DNA from: an uncultured Dechloromonas sp.
GTDB taxonomy: Bacteria; Pseudomonadota; Gammaproteobacteria; Burkholderiales; Rhodocyclaceae
Direction: 5' to 3'
Length of the DNA: 60,567 bases
Assembly (NCBI GenBank): GCA_937996725.1
Contig: CALKUR010000117.1
Span: 1-60,567 of the forward strand
Shown one piece after another: positions 1 through 13,045 of the stretch. The notes below the pieces were generated by a model. The model did no database searches. It had not been told where the DNA came from and saw only the letters and a list, made by a program, of their open reading frames with translations. The translations under genes and the position numbers were made by a program. Positions within the stretch are counted from its first letter, which is position 1; the number at the start of each line of letters is the position of its first letter.

Positions 1-2
1 TG

Positions 3-1841
3 GCCTCTGCGCGAAGTGGTGCGAAAACACTTTTGTTAACACACAATATCGAGACCCTAGGGCAAATGTCCTGCAATCCGTCTATTGGCGGTATTGGAAA
101 AGGACACCTGGTTAAAGAAGTTGATGCCCTGGGCGGCGCGATGGCTATCGCCACCGATGAGGCTGGTATCCAGTTCCGAATATTGAACGGTTCAAAAGGT
201 CCTGCGGTTCGTGCAACACGAGCACAAGCAGACCGAGTTCTTTATCGGCAAGCTATTCGTACTAGGTTGGAAAATCAGAAAAACCTGTGGCTGTTTCAAC
301 AAGCTGTAGATGATTTGTTATTAGAGGGAGACCGGGTTTGTGGTGCAGTCACACAAACAGGGCTCACGTTTAAATCACGCAGCGTTGTTTTAACAGCCGG
401 TACATTCCTTAATGGGCTTGTTCATGTTGGGTTGAACAACTATTCCGCGGGTCGCGCCGGGGATCCGTCTGCATCCAGTCTTGGATGTCGGCTAAAAGAA
501 ATGCGCTTACCCCAAGGGCGGCTTAAAACAGGGACCCCGCCACGAATAGACGGAAGAAGTATTAATTTCAATATTTTAGAAGAGCAGCCCGGTGATCTGG
601 ATCCGATTCCGGTGTTTTCTTATCTAGGCTCAGCATCAATGCACCCAAGACAAGTGCCTTGCTGGGTGACACATACAAATGAACGCACGCACGAAATCAT
701 TCGCGGTGGTTTAGATCGTTCGCCGATGTATAGCGGAGTCATTGAGGGCGTTGGCCCTAGATATTGTCCTTCGATTGAAGACAAGGTCCATCGGTTTGCC
801 GATAAAAATTCTCATCAAGTATTTTTAGAGCCTGAAGGGCTAGATACTCACGAAATATACCCAAATGGTGTTTCGACAAGTTTGCCATTCGATGTTCAGC
901 TTGAGTTGATTCGCTCGTTGAAAGGTTTAGAGCAGGCGCATATTGTTCGCCCAGGCTACGCGATTGAATATGATTACTTTGATCCGCGCGAACTAAAACA
1001 AAGTTTGGAGACAAAACTTATTTCGGGTTTGTTTTTTGCTGGTCAAATTAATGGGACAACAGGCTACGAAGAGGCTGCTGCGCAAGGTTTGCTGGCAGGC
1101 CTGAATGCCGCGCGTCATACCCGCGGTGAAGCGGCCTGGTGTCCTCGACGTGATGAGTCGTACCTGGGTGTGTTGGTTGACGACTTGATCACCCGTGGCG
1201 TGAGCGAACCGTACCGTATGTTCACCAGCCGCGCCGAATACCGCCTCAGCCTGCGTGAAGACAACGCCGACTTGCGTCTCACCGAGATTGGCCGCCAAAT
1301 GGGCCTGGTTGACGATGTGCGCTGGGCGGCATTCTGCGCCAAACGTGACGCTATCGAGCTGGAATTGCAGAGATTACGCGGCCTACGTGTCAATCCAGTG
1401 AAAATTGCCAACGAACTGATTGAGCCCGCATTGGGCAAGCCGCTGGAACGCGAGACCACGGTCTTTGAACTCCTGCGGCGTCCGGACACCACTCACGCCG
1501 GCTTGCAGCAATTGGCAGAAAATGCCGGTCTGGCCGAAGCCGTGGCGCTGGCGCCGGAAGTCGTGGAACAGGTGGAGATCCAGGCCAAGTACCAAGGCTA
1601 CATCGACCGCCAACGCGACGAAGTGGCGCGCCAGGCCGCCTATGAAACCCTCGCGTTGCCGGAGTCGCTGGATTACACCGAGGTGATCGGTCTGTCGCGC
1701 GAGGTCTGCCAGAAACTACAAACGCATCGGCCGCAAACGCTGGGTCAGGCCGCCCGCATTCAGGGCGTCACGCCTGCGGCCATGGGTCTGCTGCTGGTGC
1801 ATCTCAAGCGCATCGGCGTGGCTCTGGGCGCGGTGCTGTGA
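3..1841 (+). CDS. mnmG: tRNA uridine-5-carboxymethylaminomethyl(34) synthesis enzyme MnmG/GidA, 5'-truncated by the window edge
   Basis: Frame is open from position 3 ([15 protein letters not shown]...). Motifs [56 protein letters not shown]. Confidence 0.98.
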   Translation, partial: ASARSGAKTLLLTHNIETLGQMSCNPSIGGIGKGHLVKEVDALGGAMAIATDEAGIQFRILNGSKGPAVRATRAQADRVLYRQAIRTRLENQKNLWLFQQAVDDLLLEGDRVCGAVTQTGLTFKSRSVVLTAGTFLNGLVHVGLNNYSAGRAGDPSASSLGCRLKEMRLPQGRLKTGTPPRIDGRSINFNILEEQPGDLDPIPVFSYLGSASMHPRQVPCWVTHTNERTHEIIRGGLDRSPMYSGVIEGVGPRYCPSIEDKVHRFADKNSHQVFLEPEGLDTHEIYPNGVSTSLPFDVQLELIRSLKGLEQAHIVRPGYAIEYDYFDPRELKQSLETKLISGLFFAGQINGTTGYEEAAAQGLLAGLNAARHTRGEAAWCPRRDESYLGVLVDDLITRGVSEPYRMFTSRAEYRLSLREDNADLRLTEIGRQMGLVDDVRWAAFCAKRDAIELELQRLRGLRVNPVKIANELIEPALGKPLERETTVFELLRRPDTTHAGLQQLAENAGLAEAVALAPEVVEQVEIQAKYQGYIDRQRDEVARQAAYETLALPESLDYTEVIGLSREVCQKLQTHRPQTLGQAARIQGVTPAAMGLLLVHLKRIGVALGAVL

Positions 1842-2497
1842 GCGAGCGGGCGGGAGAAATGGCTCAGCTTTTGGCGGGTGCCGCCGAAATGGGCGTGCCG
1901 CTGAGCGAGGCGCAAGCCGGTAAGCTGCTGGATTACCTCGATCTGCTGCAAAAGTGGAACAAGGCCTATAACCTCACGGCGGTGCGCGAACGGCCGGCGA
2001 TGTTGACGCAGCACCTGCTCGACTCGCTCTCGATCGTGCCACATCTGCCGCCGGGTGATCTGCTGGATGTAGGCAGCGGCGGTGGTTTGCCGGGGATTCC
2101 GCTGGCCATTTTGCAGCCCGAGCGCGCCATTACGCTGATCGACACGGTGGGCAAGAAAGTCGCCTTCCTGAAACAGGCAGCGATGACGCTGGGGCTCAAG
2201 AATCTCAACGCGGTCTCTGACCGGATCGAGAGTTGGGTGCCGCCGACCGCTCACGCGGGCGGTTTTGCGCTGATTACGGCGCGCGCTTACGCCACTTTGG
2301 CCACCTTGGTGGGGCAAACCCGGCGTCTTCTGGCAGAAAATGGGGGGTGGTATGCCATGAAAGGTGTCTTTCCGGACGCCGAGATGGCAGAATTACCCTC
2401 TGATGTCGCGGTCAAGGCGGTGATTCCGCTGCAAGTGCCCGATCTGGGTGCGGAACGGCATCTGGTGGTCATGGCGCTCACCACCGCGAATCCATGA
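1838..2497 (+). CDS. rsmG: 16S rRNA m7G527 methyltransferase RsmG/GidB
   Basis: [30 protein letters not shown]; overlaps mnmG stop (GTGA). Confidence 0.97.
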   Translation: MSERAGEMAQLLAGAAEMGVPLSEAQAGKLLDYLDLLQKWNKAYNLTAVRERPAMLTQHLLDSLSIVPHLPPGDLLDVGSGGGLPGIPLAILQPERAITLIDTVGKKVAFLKQAAMTLGLKNLNAVSDRIESWVPPTAHAGGFALITARAYATLATLVGQTRRLLAENGGWYAMKGVFPDAEMAELPSDVAVKAVIPLQVPDLGAERHLVVMALTTANP

Positions 2498-2527
2498 ATT
2501 AATTAGTAGCTTTAGTAAAGGCGCAGT

Positions 2528-3298
2528 ATGCGTATTCTGGCGATTACCAATCAAAAGGGCGGTGTGGGTAAAACCACGTCGGCCGTGAACCTAAGCGCTG
2601 CGTTGGCCAAGCTGGGCAAGCGCGTGCTGCTCATCGACCTAGATCCGCAGGGCAACGCTACCACCGGCTGTGGCATCGTGAAAACCGATGCGTTGCCGAC
2701 GGTTTACCAACTGTTGATTGGCGACACCACGCTGGGCGGTGCCATTGTTAAAACCGAGTTTGGTTTCGACATTCTGCCGGCCAACCGCGAGCTGGCCGGG
2801 GCCGAAATTGAACTGATCGAACTGGACGGCCGCGAGCAGCGCCTCAAGGATGCGTTGGTTACTGTGACCGACCAATATGATTACGTGCTGATTGATTGCC
2901 CGCCCGCCCTGAACATGTTGACGGTGAACGCGCTGGTGGCCTCGCAGTCGGTGATGATCCCGATGCAGTGTGAGTATTACGCACTGGAGGGTTTGTCGGA
3001 TCTGGTCGAGACATTGCGCAAAGTGCGCGGTAACCTCAACCCGAATCTGGAAATCGAAGGTCTGCTACGTACGATGTACAACGCGCAGAACACGCTGACG
3101 CAACAGGTGTCGGACGAACTGATGAACCACTTTGGCGACAAGGTGTACGAAACGATTATTCCGCGCAATGTGCGCCTGGCCGAAGCGCCGTCGCACGGTA
3201 AGCCGGCCACGGCCTACGATGCATCCTCCAAGGGCGCGCAGGCTTATGTCGCACTGGCCGAAGAACTGCTGGCCCGCCACGGCAAAGCCACGGCGTAA
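2528..3298 (+). CDS. parA: Chromosome partitioning ATPase ParA/Soj
   Basis: NQKGGVGKTT deviant Walker A, DLDPQGNAT, DCPP, IPRNVRLAEAPSHG. Confidence 0.97.
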   Translation: MRILAITNQKGGVGKTTSAVNLSAALAKLGKRVLLIDLDPQGNATTGCGIVKTDALPTVYQLLIGDTTLGGAIVKTEFGFDILPANRELAGAEIELIELDGREQRLKDALVTVTDQYDYVLIDCPPALNMLTVNALVASQSVMIPMQCEYYALEGLSDLVETLRKVRGNLNPNLEIEGLLRTMYNAQNTLTQQVSDELMNHFGDKVYETIIPRNVRLAEAPSHGKPATAYDASSKGAQAYVALAEELLARHGKATA

Positions 3299-3319
3299 TC
3301 GAGAGCGAGAGGCGAAGTC

Positions 3320-4234
3320 ATGAACGCAAAGAAACAAACGCGTGGCCTGGGTCGCGGCTTGGACGCGCTGCTCGGCGGTTCGAAGCCAGCCGCAGCGGAT
3401 AAAGCACCGGTGGGTAAAGCCACCACCGCTTCGCCGGAAGTGCCGCGCACGCTGCCCGTTAAAGATCTACAGCCGGGCAAGTATCAGCCGCGGACGCGCA
3501 TGGACGAAGCCAGTCTGAATGAGCTGGCATCGTCTATTGCTGCGCAAGGCCTGGTGCAACCGATCATCGTGCGGCCGCTGGGTGCGGGCGCAACGACGCC
3601 TTACGAAATCATCGCGGGTGAACGTCGCTGGCGCGCCTCGCAGATCGCCGGCCTCAAAGAGGTGCCGGTGCACGTGCACCACATCGCCGACGAAGCGGCG
3701 TTGGCCATGGCGCTCATCGAGAATATCCAGCGTGAAGACCTGAACCCGCTCGAAGAGGCGCAGGGCTTGCGCCGCCTGATCGATGAATTTCAGTTGACGC
3801 ACCAGGAAGCGGCCGAAGCTGTGGGTCGTTCGCGCTCTGCCGCAACCAACCTGCTTCGTCTTCTGGAGCTGGCACCACCGGTGCAAGATCTATTGATGCA
3901 CGGTCGCCTGGATATGGGCCATGCCCGCGCACTGTTGGCGCTGACCGGAAGCGACCAAATTGCTGTAGCGCAACAAGTTGTTTTGAAGAGTCTGTCGGTG
4001 CGTGAAACCGAAGAACTGGTACGCCGCCGTCAGAGCGCCAAACCCGCGCCCAAGGCCGTCGGCAAAGGCGCTGACGTGGCGAGCGCTGATGTTGCCCGGC
4101 TATCGGAGCGACTGGCGGATGCGCTGGGTGCCGAGGTATCGGTTTCGGCCAACAAGCGCGGCGCTGGCAAGATCACGATCCACTTTGACAGCCTCGATCA
4201 ACTTGATGGGTTAATCGAGCGTTTTTCTGATTGA
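3320..4234 (+). CDS. parB: Chromosome partitioning protein ParB/Spo0J
   Basis: RGLGRGLDALL N-terminus, IIAGERRWRA, ENIQREDLNPLEEA, HTH. Confidence 0.97.
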   Translation: MNAKKQTRGLGRGLDALLGGSKPAAADKAPVGKATTASPEVPRTLPVKDLQPGKYQPRTRMDEASLNELASSIAAQGLVQPIIVRPLGAGATTPYEIIAGERRWRASQIAGLKEVPVHVHHIADEAALAMALIENIQREDLNPLEEAQGLRRLIDEFQLTHQEAAEAVGRSRSAATNLLRLLELAPPVQDLLMHGRLDMGHARALLALTGSDQIAVAQQVVLKSLSVRETEELVRRRQSAKPAPKAVGKGADVASADVARLSERLADALGAEVSVSANKRGAGKITIHFDSLDQLDGLIERFSD

Positions 4235-4259
4235 CGGCCGCGAAAGCTGGTCGTATAGT
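4231..4259 (+). promoter_or_regulatory. Sigma70-type promoter for the atp operon
   Basis: TTGACG (4231-4236), 17 nt spacer, TATAGT (4254-4259) upstream of atpI. Confidence 0.75.
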
Positions 4260-4313
4260 TACGGCGTTTGAAGGCGCCTTGTTAGGCACAGCACACAACG
4301 CGATGAGGTAACG

Positions 4314-4658
4314 GTGTTTCGAGTATTACGCCTGCAACTGATCGCAATAATCATAGCTGTGTTACTGGCCGGGTTGCTTGTGGGAGGGCGTGGCAGCATT
4401 TCTGCCGCGATCGGAGGCGGGGCGGTTCTACTACCCAATTTTCTGTTCGCGCTGAGATTGATGGCAGCGTCGGCCAATCGCGCATCTGTGGCGACGGCCG
4501 GTCTGTTTATCGTCTACGAATTCCTCAAGCTGGCTTTCACACTGGTTTTGTTGGCGATTGCCATTGCGCTGTATGCGGACCTGAACTGGCCCAGTATGCT
4601 GCTCACTATGGCGATCACCTTGCAGGTCAATTTTTTAGCATTGGCGAAAAGAACCTGA
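4314..4658 (+). CDS. atpI: ATP synthase protein I
   Basis: Small four-TM hydrophobic ORF ([18 protein letters not shown]) immediately before atpB. Confidence 0.85.
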   Translation: MFRVLRLQLIAIIIAVLLAGLLVGGRGSISAAIGGGAVLLPNFLFALRLMAASANRASVATAGLFIVYEFLKLAFTLVLLAIAIALYADLNWPSMLLTMAITLQVNFLALAKRT

Positions 4659-4659
4659 G

Positions 4660-5553
4660 ATGGCGACTGAAAACGTAGCGAACGCAGCGGCCCACAGCGG
4701 CCCGACCCAGGGTGAATACATTGTTCACCATCTGACCCACCTGAATTCCACAGGTGAAGCGCAGAAATCGATCGTCGATTGGTCGGTGATCAACCTTGAC
4801 TCATTCCTTTTCTCGACCGCGCTCGGTGTGATCGCCGTGCTGTTGCTGTGGTTCGTTGCTAGCCGCGCGACCGCCGGTGTGCCGGGTCGCCTGCAAGCCG
4901 CCATCGAAGTGCTGGTTGAAATGGTCGCCGATCAGGCGAAGGGCATCATTCATGATGCCAAGTCGCGCCTCTTCGTTGCACCGCTGGCGCTGACCGTGTT
5001 TGTCTGGATCTTCTTCATGAACGCCATGGATCTGCTGCCGCTCGACGTGCTGCCGAAGCTGTGGGCTGGTTACTACGAAGCCTCGGGCCACGACCCGCAC
5101 CACGCTTACCTGCGCATTGTGCCGTCGGCTGACTTGAACATTACGCTGGCCATGGCGCTGGGTGTACTCACCGTTTGCTTGTACTACAACATCAAGATCA
5201 AGGGTATCGGCGGCTGGGTGCACGAGCTGTTTGCCGCACCGTTTGGCTCGCACCCGGTTCTGGCCCCGATCAACTTCCTGATGCAGATGATCGAATTCGC
5301 TGCTAAAACTATTTCGCACGGCATGCGGTTGTTCGGCAACATGTATGCAGGTGAGCTCGTGTTCATGCTGATCGCCCTGATGGGCGCGGCTTGGGCCGGA
5401 ACGCATTCGCTGTCGGGTGGTCTGCTATTTGCGGGTCATGTGATTGCGGGTTCGATCTGGGCGATCTTCCACATCCTGATCATTACCCTGCAGGCATTCA
5501 TCTTCATGATGCTGACGCTGGTGTATGTCGGTCAGGCTCACGAGTCGCACTAA
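4660..5553 (+). CDS. atpB: F0F1 ATP synthase subunit a
   Basis: [45 protein letters not shown]. Confidence 0.98.
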   Translation: MATENVANAAAHSGPTQGEYIVHHLTHLNSTGEAQKSIVDWSVINLDSFLFSTALGVIAVLLLWFVASRATAGVPGRLQAAIEVLVEMVADQAKGIIHDAKSRLFVAPLALTVFVWIFFMNAMDLLPLDVLPKLWAGYYEASGHDPHHAYLRIVPSADLNITLAMALGVLTVCLYYNIKIKGIGGWVHELFAAPFGSHPVLAPINFLMQMIEFAAKTISHGMRLFGNMYAGELVFMLIALMGAAWAGTHSLSGGLLFAGHVIAGSIWAIFHILIITLQAFIFMMLTLVYVGQAHESH

Positions 5554-5874
<321 letters not shown>

Positions 5875-5907
5875 TCCTGAACAACCTTTTTCAGGAGGGC
5901 TCGTAGC

Positions 5908-6378
5908 GTGAATCTAAACGCAACATTATTCGCCCAGCTCATCGTTTTCTTCATACTTGTATGGTTCTCGATGAAGTTCGTCTGGCCGCCGATCACGAAG
6001 GCGCTGGACGACCGTGCGAAAAAAATCGCTGACGGTCTGGCCGCAGCAGAACGTGGCAAGCATGAGTTAGAGCTCGCCAGCAAGCGTTCCGCTGAGGTTG
6101 TGCGTGAAGGCAAAGAAAAGTCGGCAGACGTCCTGGCAACCGCTGAAAAGCGCGCTGTCCAGATCATTGAAGATGCCAAGGCCCAGGCCAAGGTTGAAGC
6201 GGACCGTATCGTAACGGCTGCTCGTGCTGACGTCGAACAGGAAGTCGTTCGCGCCCGCGAACAGCTTCGTGATCAAGTCGCTGCGCTGGCTGTCGCGGGT
6301 GCTGAGAAGATTCTCCGTAAGGAAATCAACGCAGGCGCTCATGCAGATATCCTGGTTGCCATCAAGCAAGGTCTGTAA
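5908..6378 (+). CDS. atpF: F0F1 ATP synthase subunit b
   Basis: [10 protein letters not shown]...MKFVWPPI...GAEKIL. Confidence 0.98.
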   Translation: MNLNATLFAQLIVFFILVWFSMKFVWPPITKALDDRAKKIADGLAAAERGKHELELASKRSAEVVREGKEKSADVLATAEKRAVQIIEDAKAQAKVEADRIVTAARADVEQEVVRAREQLRDQVAALAVAGAEKILRKEINAGAHADILVAIKQGL

Positions 6379-6381
6379 CAA

Positions 6382-6918
6382 ATGGCTGAATCCCTCACCG
6401 TAGCCCGTCCTTACGCCGAAGCGGTTTTCCGCCTCGGTCGTGAGTCAAGCAAGTTGGCCGACTGGAGTGGTTGGCTGGGTCGCCTGTCGCTGATTGCCAA
6501 TGAATCGGCAATGCAGGACTGCTTCGGCAACCCGAAGCTGAGCTCCCGCCAAGTCACCGACCTGGTGGTGGGCGTGCTGGGGGTCGAAGCCCCGCAGGCG
6601 CTGTCACGTTTCATCGAGGTGCTTGCCGAAAACGGGCGCCTGGCCCTGCTTCCCGAAATTCAGTGTCTTTTCGAAGAACTGAAGTCGGTTGAAGAAGGTG
6701 TTAAGGAAGCGCACATTGTGAGCGCCTTCCCGATGGACGATGCCCAGGTTAAGCAGGTCATGCCTGTACTGGAACAGCATTTCTCTTCAAAGCTCAAGCC
6801 GCGCGTTACCGTGGATCCGTCGCTGATTGGCGGGATCAAGGTTGAAGTCGGTGACGAGGTGTTTGACGCCTCCGTGCGTGGCCAGCTCGACGCAATGGCT
6901 GTCGCGTTAAAGAACTAG
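6382..6918 (+). CDS. atpH: F0F1 ATP synthase subunit delta
   Basis: TVARPYAEAVF, ENGRLALLPEI, VDPSLIGG. Confidence 0.98.
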   Translation: MAESLTVARPYAEAVFRLGRESSKLADWSGWLGRLSLIANESAMQDCFGNPKLSSRQVTDLVVGVLGVEAPQALSRFIEVLAENGRLALLPEIQCLFEELKSVEEGVKEAHIVSAFPMDDAQVKQVMPVLEQHFSSKLKPRVTVDPSLIGGIKVEVGDEVFDASVRGQLDAMAVALKN

Positions 6919-6929
6919 GAGTTTTCTAA

Positions 6930-8468
6930 ATGCAACTGAATCCTTCCGAGATCAGCGAGCTGATCAAGAGCAAGATTGAGAACCTGAACCTGGGTGCAGA
7001 AACCCGGACTCAGGGTACAGTCGTATCGGTTACTGACGGCATCTGCCGCGTTCACGGTCTGGAAGACGTGATGCAAGGCGAAATGCTCGAATTCCCGGGC
7101 GGCATCATGGGGATGGCCCTGAACCTCGAGCGCGACTCCGTCGGTGCCGTGGTCCTGGGTGAATACGAAAACATTTCGGAAGGCGACACCGTCAAGTGCA
7201 CGGGCCGCATTCTGGAAGTGCCGGTGGGTCCGGAACTGAAGGGTCGTGTGGTTAACGCCCTGGGTCAGCCGATCGACGGCAAAGGTCCGCTGGGTAACAA
7301 GCTGACCGACAAGATTGAAAAAGTCGCACCGGGCGTGATCTGGCGTAAGTCGGTTTCGCAACCGCTGCAAACTGGTGTTAAGGCGATTGATGCCATGGTG
7401 CCGATCGGCCGTGGTCAGCGCGAGCTGATCATTGGTGACCGCCAGACCGGTAAGACCGCTGTTGCTGTTGACACCATCCTGAACCAAAAGGGTCAGGGCG
7501 TGACCTGTATTTACGTGGCAATCGGTCAGAAGGCTTCGACGATCGCCAACGTGGTGCGCACGCTTGAAGAGCACGGGGCGCTGGAATACACCATCGTCGT
7601 TGCAGCTACCGCTTCGGATCCGGCTGCTATGCAGTTCATCGCACCGTACGCCGGTTGCACGATGGGCGAATACTTCCGCGACATCGGTGAAGATGCCCTG
7701 ATTATTTATGACGATCTGACCAAGCAAGCTTGGGCCTACCGTCAGATTTCGCTGCTGCTGCGTCGTCCGCCGGGCCGCGAAGCTTACCCGGGTGACGTGT
7801 TCTATCTGCACTCGCGTCTGCTGGAGCGTGCTGCTCGCGTAAGCGAAGAGTACGTTGAGAAGCTGACCGACGGTAAGGTCAAGGGCAAGACCGGTTCGCT
7901 GACCGCGCTGCCAGTGATCGAAACTCAGGCAGGTGACGTTTCGGCCTTCGTTCCGACCAACGTGATTTCGATTACCGATGGTCAGATCTTCCTGGAAACC
8001 GACCTCTTTAACGCAGGTATCCGTCCGGCCATTAACGCCGGTATCTCGGTGTCGCGCGTCGGTGGTGCGGCTCAGACCAAGATCATCAAGAAGCTGTCGG
8101 GCGGTATCCGTACTGACCTCGCCCAGTATCGTGAACTGGCTGCCTTCGCGCAGTTCGCTTCGGATCTGGACGATGCAACCCGTAACCAGCTGGAGCGCGG
8201 TCGCCGCGTTGTGGAAGTGTTGAAGCAGCCGCAATACGAGCCGCTGAGCATTTCGAAGCAAGCTGTGGTGCTCTACACGATCACCCGTGGCTATGCCGAT
8301 GATGTTGAAGTGCCGCGCGTTCTGGAATTTACGCGTAGCCTGATCAGCGACATCGAACACAAGAACGCTGCCCTGATGCAAAAGATGGAGCAGACCAAAG
8401 ATCTGGACGCTGATTCGGAGAAAGCACTCGTTGCTGCCATCGAAGCATTCAAGTCTGCTTGGGTTTGA
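6930..8468 (+). CDS. atpA: F0F1 ATP synthase subunit alpha
   Basis: [32 protein letters not shown]. Confidence 0.99.
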   Translation: MQLNPSEISELIKSKIENLNLGAETRTQGTVVSVTDGICRVHGLEDVMQGEMLEFPGGIMGMALNLERDSVGAVVLGEYENISEGDTVKCTGRILEVPVGPELKGRVVNALGQPIDGKGPLGNKLTDKIEKVAPGVIWRKSVSQPLQTGVKAIDAMVPIGRGQRELIIGDRQTGKTAVAVDTILNQKGQGVTCIYVAIGQKASTIANVVRTLEEHGALEYTIVVAATASDPAAMQFIAPYAGCTMGEYFRDIGEDALIIYDDLTKQAWAYRQISLLLRRPPGREAYPGDVFYLHSRLLERAARVSEEYVEKLTDGKVKGKTGSLTALPVIETQAGDVSAFVPTNVISITDGQIFLETDLFNAGIRPAINAGISVSRVGGAAQTKIIKKLSGGIRTDLAQYRELAAFAQFASDLDDATRNQLERGRRVVEVLKQPQYEPLSISKQAVVLYTITRGYADDVEVPRVLEFTRSLISDIEHKNAALMQKMEQTKDLDADSEKALVAAIEAFKSAWV

Positions 8469-8482
8469 TCTAGGAGAGCGCC

Positions 8483-9346
8483 ATGCCAAGCGGCAAGGAA
8501 ATCCGTACTAAGATCAAAAGCGTAGAAAACACGCGGAAGATCACCAAAGCCATGGAGATGGTGGCGGCATCCAAAATGCGCAAAGCGCAGGAACGGATGC
8601 TCAAAGCCCGTCCTTATGGCGAAAAGATCCGCCGCGTTGCCGCGAACCTCTCGCATGCGCTGTCAGAGTACAAGCATCCGTTCCTCGAGAAGCGTGACCA
8701 GGTCAAAAAGGTCGGCATTATTCTCGTGACGTCGGATAAAGGTCTCTGCGGCGGCTTGAACACCAACGTACTCCGTCAACTCGTCAATAAAATGCGCGAG
8801 CTAGATGGCAAGAACGTTAAGGTTCAGGTCACAGCGATTGGCAGCAAAGGCCTCGCATTCCTCCAGCGCAACGGCGCAGAAATTGTGTCCGATGTCGTCG
8901 GCATGGGCGACAACCCGCACATTGATAGCCTTATCGGCCCGATCAAAGTGCAGATTGATGCCTTCCACGCCGGTGAGATCGACGAACTGCACATCGCTTA
9001 CACACGCTTCGTGAACACGATGCGTCAGGAGCCGGTGGTTGAGCAACTGCTGCCGCTGTCGGGCGATGCAGTCGGTTCTGCCGAAACGAGCTGGGACTAT
9101 GTCTACGAGCCGGATGCCAAGTCCGTGATCGATGATCTGCTGGTACGTTATCTCGAGGCGCTGGTTTACCAGTCCGTCGCCGAGAACATCGCATCAGAAC
9201 AAAGTGCGCGGATGGTGGCCATGAAGGCTGCTTCCGATAATGCCAAAAACGTAATTGAAGAGCTGAAGCTGGTCTACAACAAGACCCGCCAGGCAGCGAT
9301 TACGAAAGAGCTGTCCGAGATCGTCAGCGGCGCAGCAGCGGTTTGA
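8483..9346 (+). CDS. atpG: F0F1 ATP synthase subunit gamma
   Basis: [38 protein letters not shown]. Confidence 0.99.
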   Translation: MPSGKEIRTKIKSVENTRKITKAMEMVAASKMRKAQERMLKARPYGEKIRRVAANLSHALSEYKHPFLEKRDQVKKVGIILVTSDKGLCGGLNTNVLRQLVNKMRELDGKNVKVQVTAIGSKGLAFLQRNGAEIVSDVVGMGDNPHIDSLIGPIKVQIDAFHAGEIDELHIAYTRFVNTMRQEPVVEQLLPLSGDAVGSAETSWDYVYEPDAKSVIDDLLVRYLEALVYQSVAENIASEQSARMVAMKAASDNAKNVIEELKLVYNKTRQAAITKELSEIVSGAAAV

Positions 9347-9355
9347 TTTTTTTAG

Positions 9356-10774
<1,419 letters not shown>

Positions 10775-10791
10775 TCCACAGTTCCATCCCC

Positions 10792-10815
10792 CCGCCGCGT
10801 TGCAAGACGCGGCGG
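10792..10815 (+). other. GC-rich hairpin between atpD and atpC
   Basis: CCGCCGCGTT-GCAA-GACGCGGCGG with a GNRA loop and no U-tract; probably an mRNA stability or segmental expression element. Confidence 0.55.
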
Positions 10816-10828
10816 ATCAGGAGCAAAT

Positions 10829-11248
10829 ATGGCATTAAGAATTCATGTAGACGTCGTCAGCGCCGAAGAGAAAATTTTCTCGGGTGAAGCTGATCACGTA
10901 GTTCTGCCGGGTGAATCTGGCGAACTGGGCATCTGGCCACGCCACACGCCGCTGCTGACGCGCATCCGTCCGGGTGCCGTACGCATCAAACTGCCGGAAG
11001 GTGGCGAGGAATTCGTCTACGTTTCCGGTGGCATGCTGGAAGTGCAACCGACCATGGTCACCGTGCTGGCAGATACTGCCATCCGAGCCCATGATCTGGA
11101 CGAGGCCCGTGCGCTGCAGGCCAAGAAGGCTGCGGAAGAAGCACTGCAGAACCGTAGCACTGATATGGACTACGCCAAGGCCGAAGCCGAACTGGCGGAC
11201 TCCATTGGCCAGCTGGCTGCCATCAAGAAGCTGCGCTCGGTCAAGTAA
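10829..11248 (+). CDS. atpC: F0F1 ATP synthase subunit epsilon
   Basis: [30 protein letters not shown]. Confidence 0.98.
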   Translation: MALRIHVDVVSAEEKIFSGEADHVVLPGESGELGIWPRHTPLLTRIRPGAVRIKLPEGGEEFVYVSGGMLEVQPTMVTVLADTAIRAHDLDEARALQAKKAAEEALQNRSTDMDYAKAEAELADSIGQLAAIKKLRSVK

Positions 11249-11270
11249 GTCGTTACAGTAATACCAAAAG

Positions 11271-11296
11271 CAAAGGCCACCTTCGGGTGGCCTTTG
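11271..11296. terminator. Intrinsic terminator between convergent atpC and ubiJ
   Basis: CAAAGGCCACC-TTCG-GGTGGCCTTTG perfect stem with UUCG loop. Confidence 0.85.
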
Positions 11297-11319
11297 TCAT
11301 GTATGTGAAGCACTAAACT

Positions 11320-11901
11320 CTAGCGACCGAGGCGCTCTACCCGCTGCTGTAAGCGTGCCACATCATTGCGCAGCGTATCTACCTCAGTCATGAAGTGCGT
11401 TACCTGATCGTTGGGCACGATGACTGAGTGACCTTCAGCCACGTGTTCCGTGAACTGATCCTTCAAGCGGCTGACAAGCTGCTCCGCGCCCTGCTTCAGA
11501 CTGGTGAATAACCCCATAGCCCGATGGGCGGCGATGTCACCAATCTTGCTTGCCAGGAAGGCTTCAGGGTCTGGGCGAATGTTATCCACTACATCATTCA
11601 CGGCATTGGCCAGATCGATATTGCCGCGGATTTTCGCGGCTTTAATCATGCCGTGACGGCCATGGCTAATAAAGCGTGAGGCGGCGTCTGCGGGTAGATC
11701 GATCGACAGGGTTGGCTCATCATCGCCAAAAGCCTCGTGCGCAGCCAATAAGCCATTGGACTCGACTGTATAACGAACGACAGGCTTATCTGCCAGGGTA
11801 ATACGCACCGTTGCCCCAGCAAACGCGGATAGCCGCTTCATCGCCCAAGCGTCATCACTGAGTGCGCGGTTGATGACCGGTAGAGACAGGCTATTCAGCA
11901 C
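11320..11901 (-). CDS. ubiJ: Ubiquinone biosynthesis accessory protein UbiJ (SCP2-like)
   Basis: IRGNIDLAN, DPEAFLASKIGDIAAH, C-terminal VDTLRNDVARLQQRV; directly downstream of ubiE. Confidence 0.85.
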   Translation of the reverse strand: MLNSLSLPVINRALSDDAWAMKRLSAFAGATVRITLADKPVVRYTVESNGLLAAHEAFGDDEPTLSIDLPADAASRFISHGRHGMIKAAKIRGNIDLANAVNDVVDNIRPDPEAFLASKIGDIAAHRAMGLFTSLKQGAEQLVSRLKDQFTEHVAEGHSVIVPNDQVTHFMTEVDTLRNDVARLQQRVERLGR

Positions 11902-11913
11902 GATGGGTGTCCG

Positions 11914-12669
11914 TTAGAACTTTTCGCCGACATGCAGCGCCACGATTCCACCGGTTAGGTTGTGGTACTGCACACGATCAAAGCCTACGCCTTCCATCAT
12001 CTGCTTGAGGGTTTCCTGATCCGGGTGCATGCGGATCGACTCGGCTAGATAACGGTAGCTATCGGCATCATTGGCAACGACTTTGCCAACCCGCGGCAGG
12101 ACCTGGAAAGAGTAGAAGTCATAAACCGGGGCCAGCAACGGCGTCACTTTGGAAAACTCCAAGACCATCAGCTTGCCGCCGGGTTTGATGACGCGGCGCA
12201 TCTCGGCCAGCGCCCCATCCTTATGCGTCATATTGCGCAGACCAAAAGCGACCGTGACGATGTCGAAGTAACCATCCGGAAACGGCAGCTTCTCTGCGTC
12301 ACACTGGGCAGTGCGCACAATGGTGCCATTATTCAACAAGCGATCGCGACCACAAGTGAGCATGGCATTGTTGATGTCGGTCAGCCAGACTTCGCCACTA
12401 GCCCCTACCTTCTTGCTAAAGGCTTTGGCTAGGTCGCCGGTGCCACCTGCGATATCAAGCACACGCATACCCGGTTTAATGCCGCTGCGTGCAATGGTAA
12501 AGATCTTCCATAGGCGGTGCAGACCACCCGACATCAGATCGTTCATAACGTCGTATTTGGTCGCGACCGAATCAAAGACCTGACGTACGCGGCCTGCCTT
12601 TTCACGCTCATCAACGGTTTCATAACCGAAGTGCGTGGTCTGGGATGAATGTTTTTCTTGTTGAGTCAC
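11914..12669 (-). CDS. ubiE: Ubiquinone/menaquinone biosynthesis C-methyltransferase UbiE
   Basis: [51 protein letters not shown]. Start moved to the GTG just after the DUF971 stop. Confidence 0.96.
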   Translation of the reverse strand: MTQQEKHSSQTTHFGYETVDEREKAGRVRQVFDSVATKYDVMNDLMSGGLHRLWKIFTIARSGIKPGMRVLDIAGGTGDLAKAFSKKVGASGEVWLTDINNAMLTCGRDRLLNNGTIVRTAQCDAEKLPFPDGYFDIVTVAFGLRNMTHKDGALAEMRRVIKPGGKLMVLEFSKVTPLLAPVYDFYSFQVLPRVGKVVANDADSYRYLAESIRMHPDQETLKQMMEGVGFDRVQYHNLTGGIVALHVGEKF

Positions 12670-12670
12670 G

Positions 12671-13045
12671 TTATGCCTTGCGCGTATGACCGGCCGCTTG
12701 AAGCCGCTGTAAATAAGTTTGCCAGAGTGCCTGATGCTGGGTGGCGAATTCGTGGAGGATGTCCCAAGAGTATAGACCGCTGTCGTGGCCATCCGAAAAT
12801 ATCAGTTTCACGGCGTAGTTACCAACAGGCTCGACACCTGTGATGGATACGTTTTCCTTGCCGATTTGCAGGACCTCGTTGCCCTGTCCGTGACCACGAA
12901 CTTCCGCCGAGGGCGAATAGACGCGGAGGAATTCGGCGGTGAGCGCTATAACGCCCAGATCCGGATAGGTCAGGACCAAGGTTTGGCCGCCGGAGCGTAG
13001 CCGCAGCTCGTCCGGTACGGGGGTGTTGTTCTGCAGGCCAGCCAT
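12671..13045 (-). CDS. DUF971 / gamma-butyrobetaine hydroxylase N-terminal-like protein
   Basis: [37 protein letters not shown]. Confidence 0.9.
   Translation of the reverse strand: MAGLQNNTPVPDELRLRSGGQTLVLTYPDLGVIALTAEFLRVYSPSAEVRGHGQGNEVLQIGKENVSITGVEPVGNYAVKLIFSDGHDSGLYSWDILHEFATQHQALWQTYLQRLQAAGHTRKA

Noticed and set aside
6915-8489. 524-aa minus-strand ORF antisense to atpA (similar ones opposite atpD, topB and metH)
   Set aside because: Shadow ORFs produced by the codon bias of the real genes; no recognisable motifs.
12670-12792. Long N-terminal extension of ubiE in the ORF track (similar for def, priA, hemW, yicC, tatD, flavin reductase and the S1/P1 nuclease)
   Set aside because: The extensions overlap neighbouring genes or regulatory DNA; downstream starts match the family N-termini.
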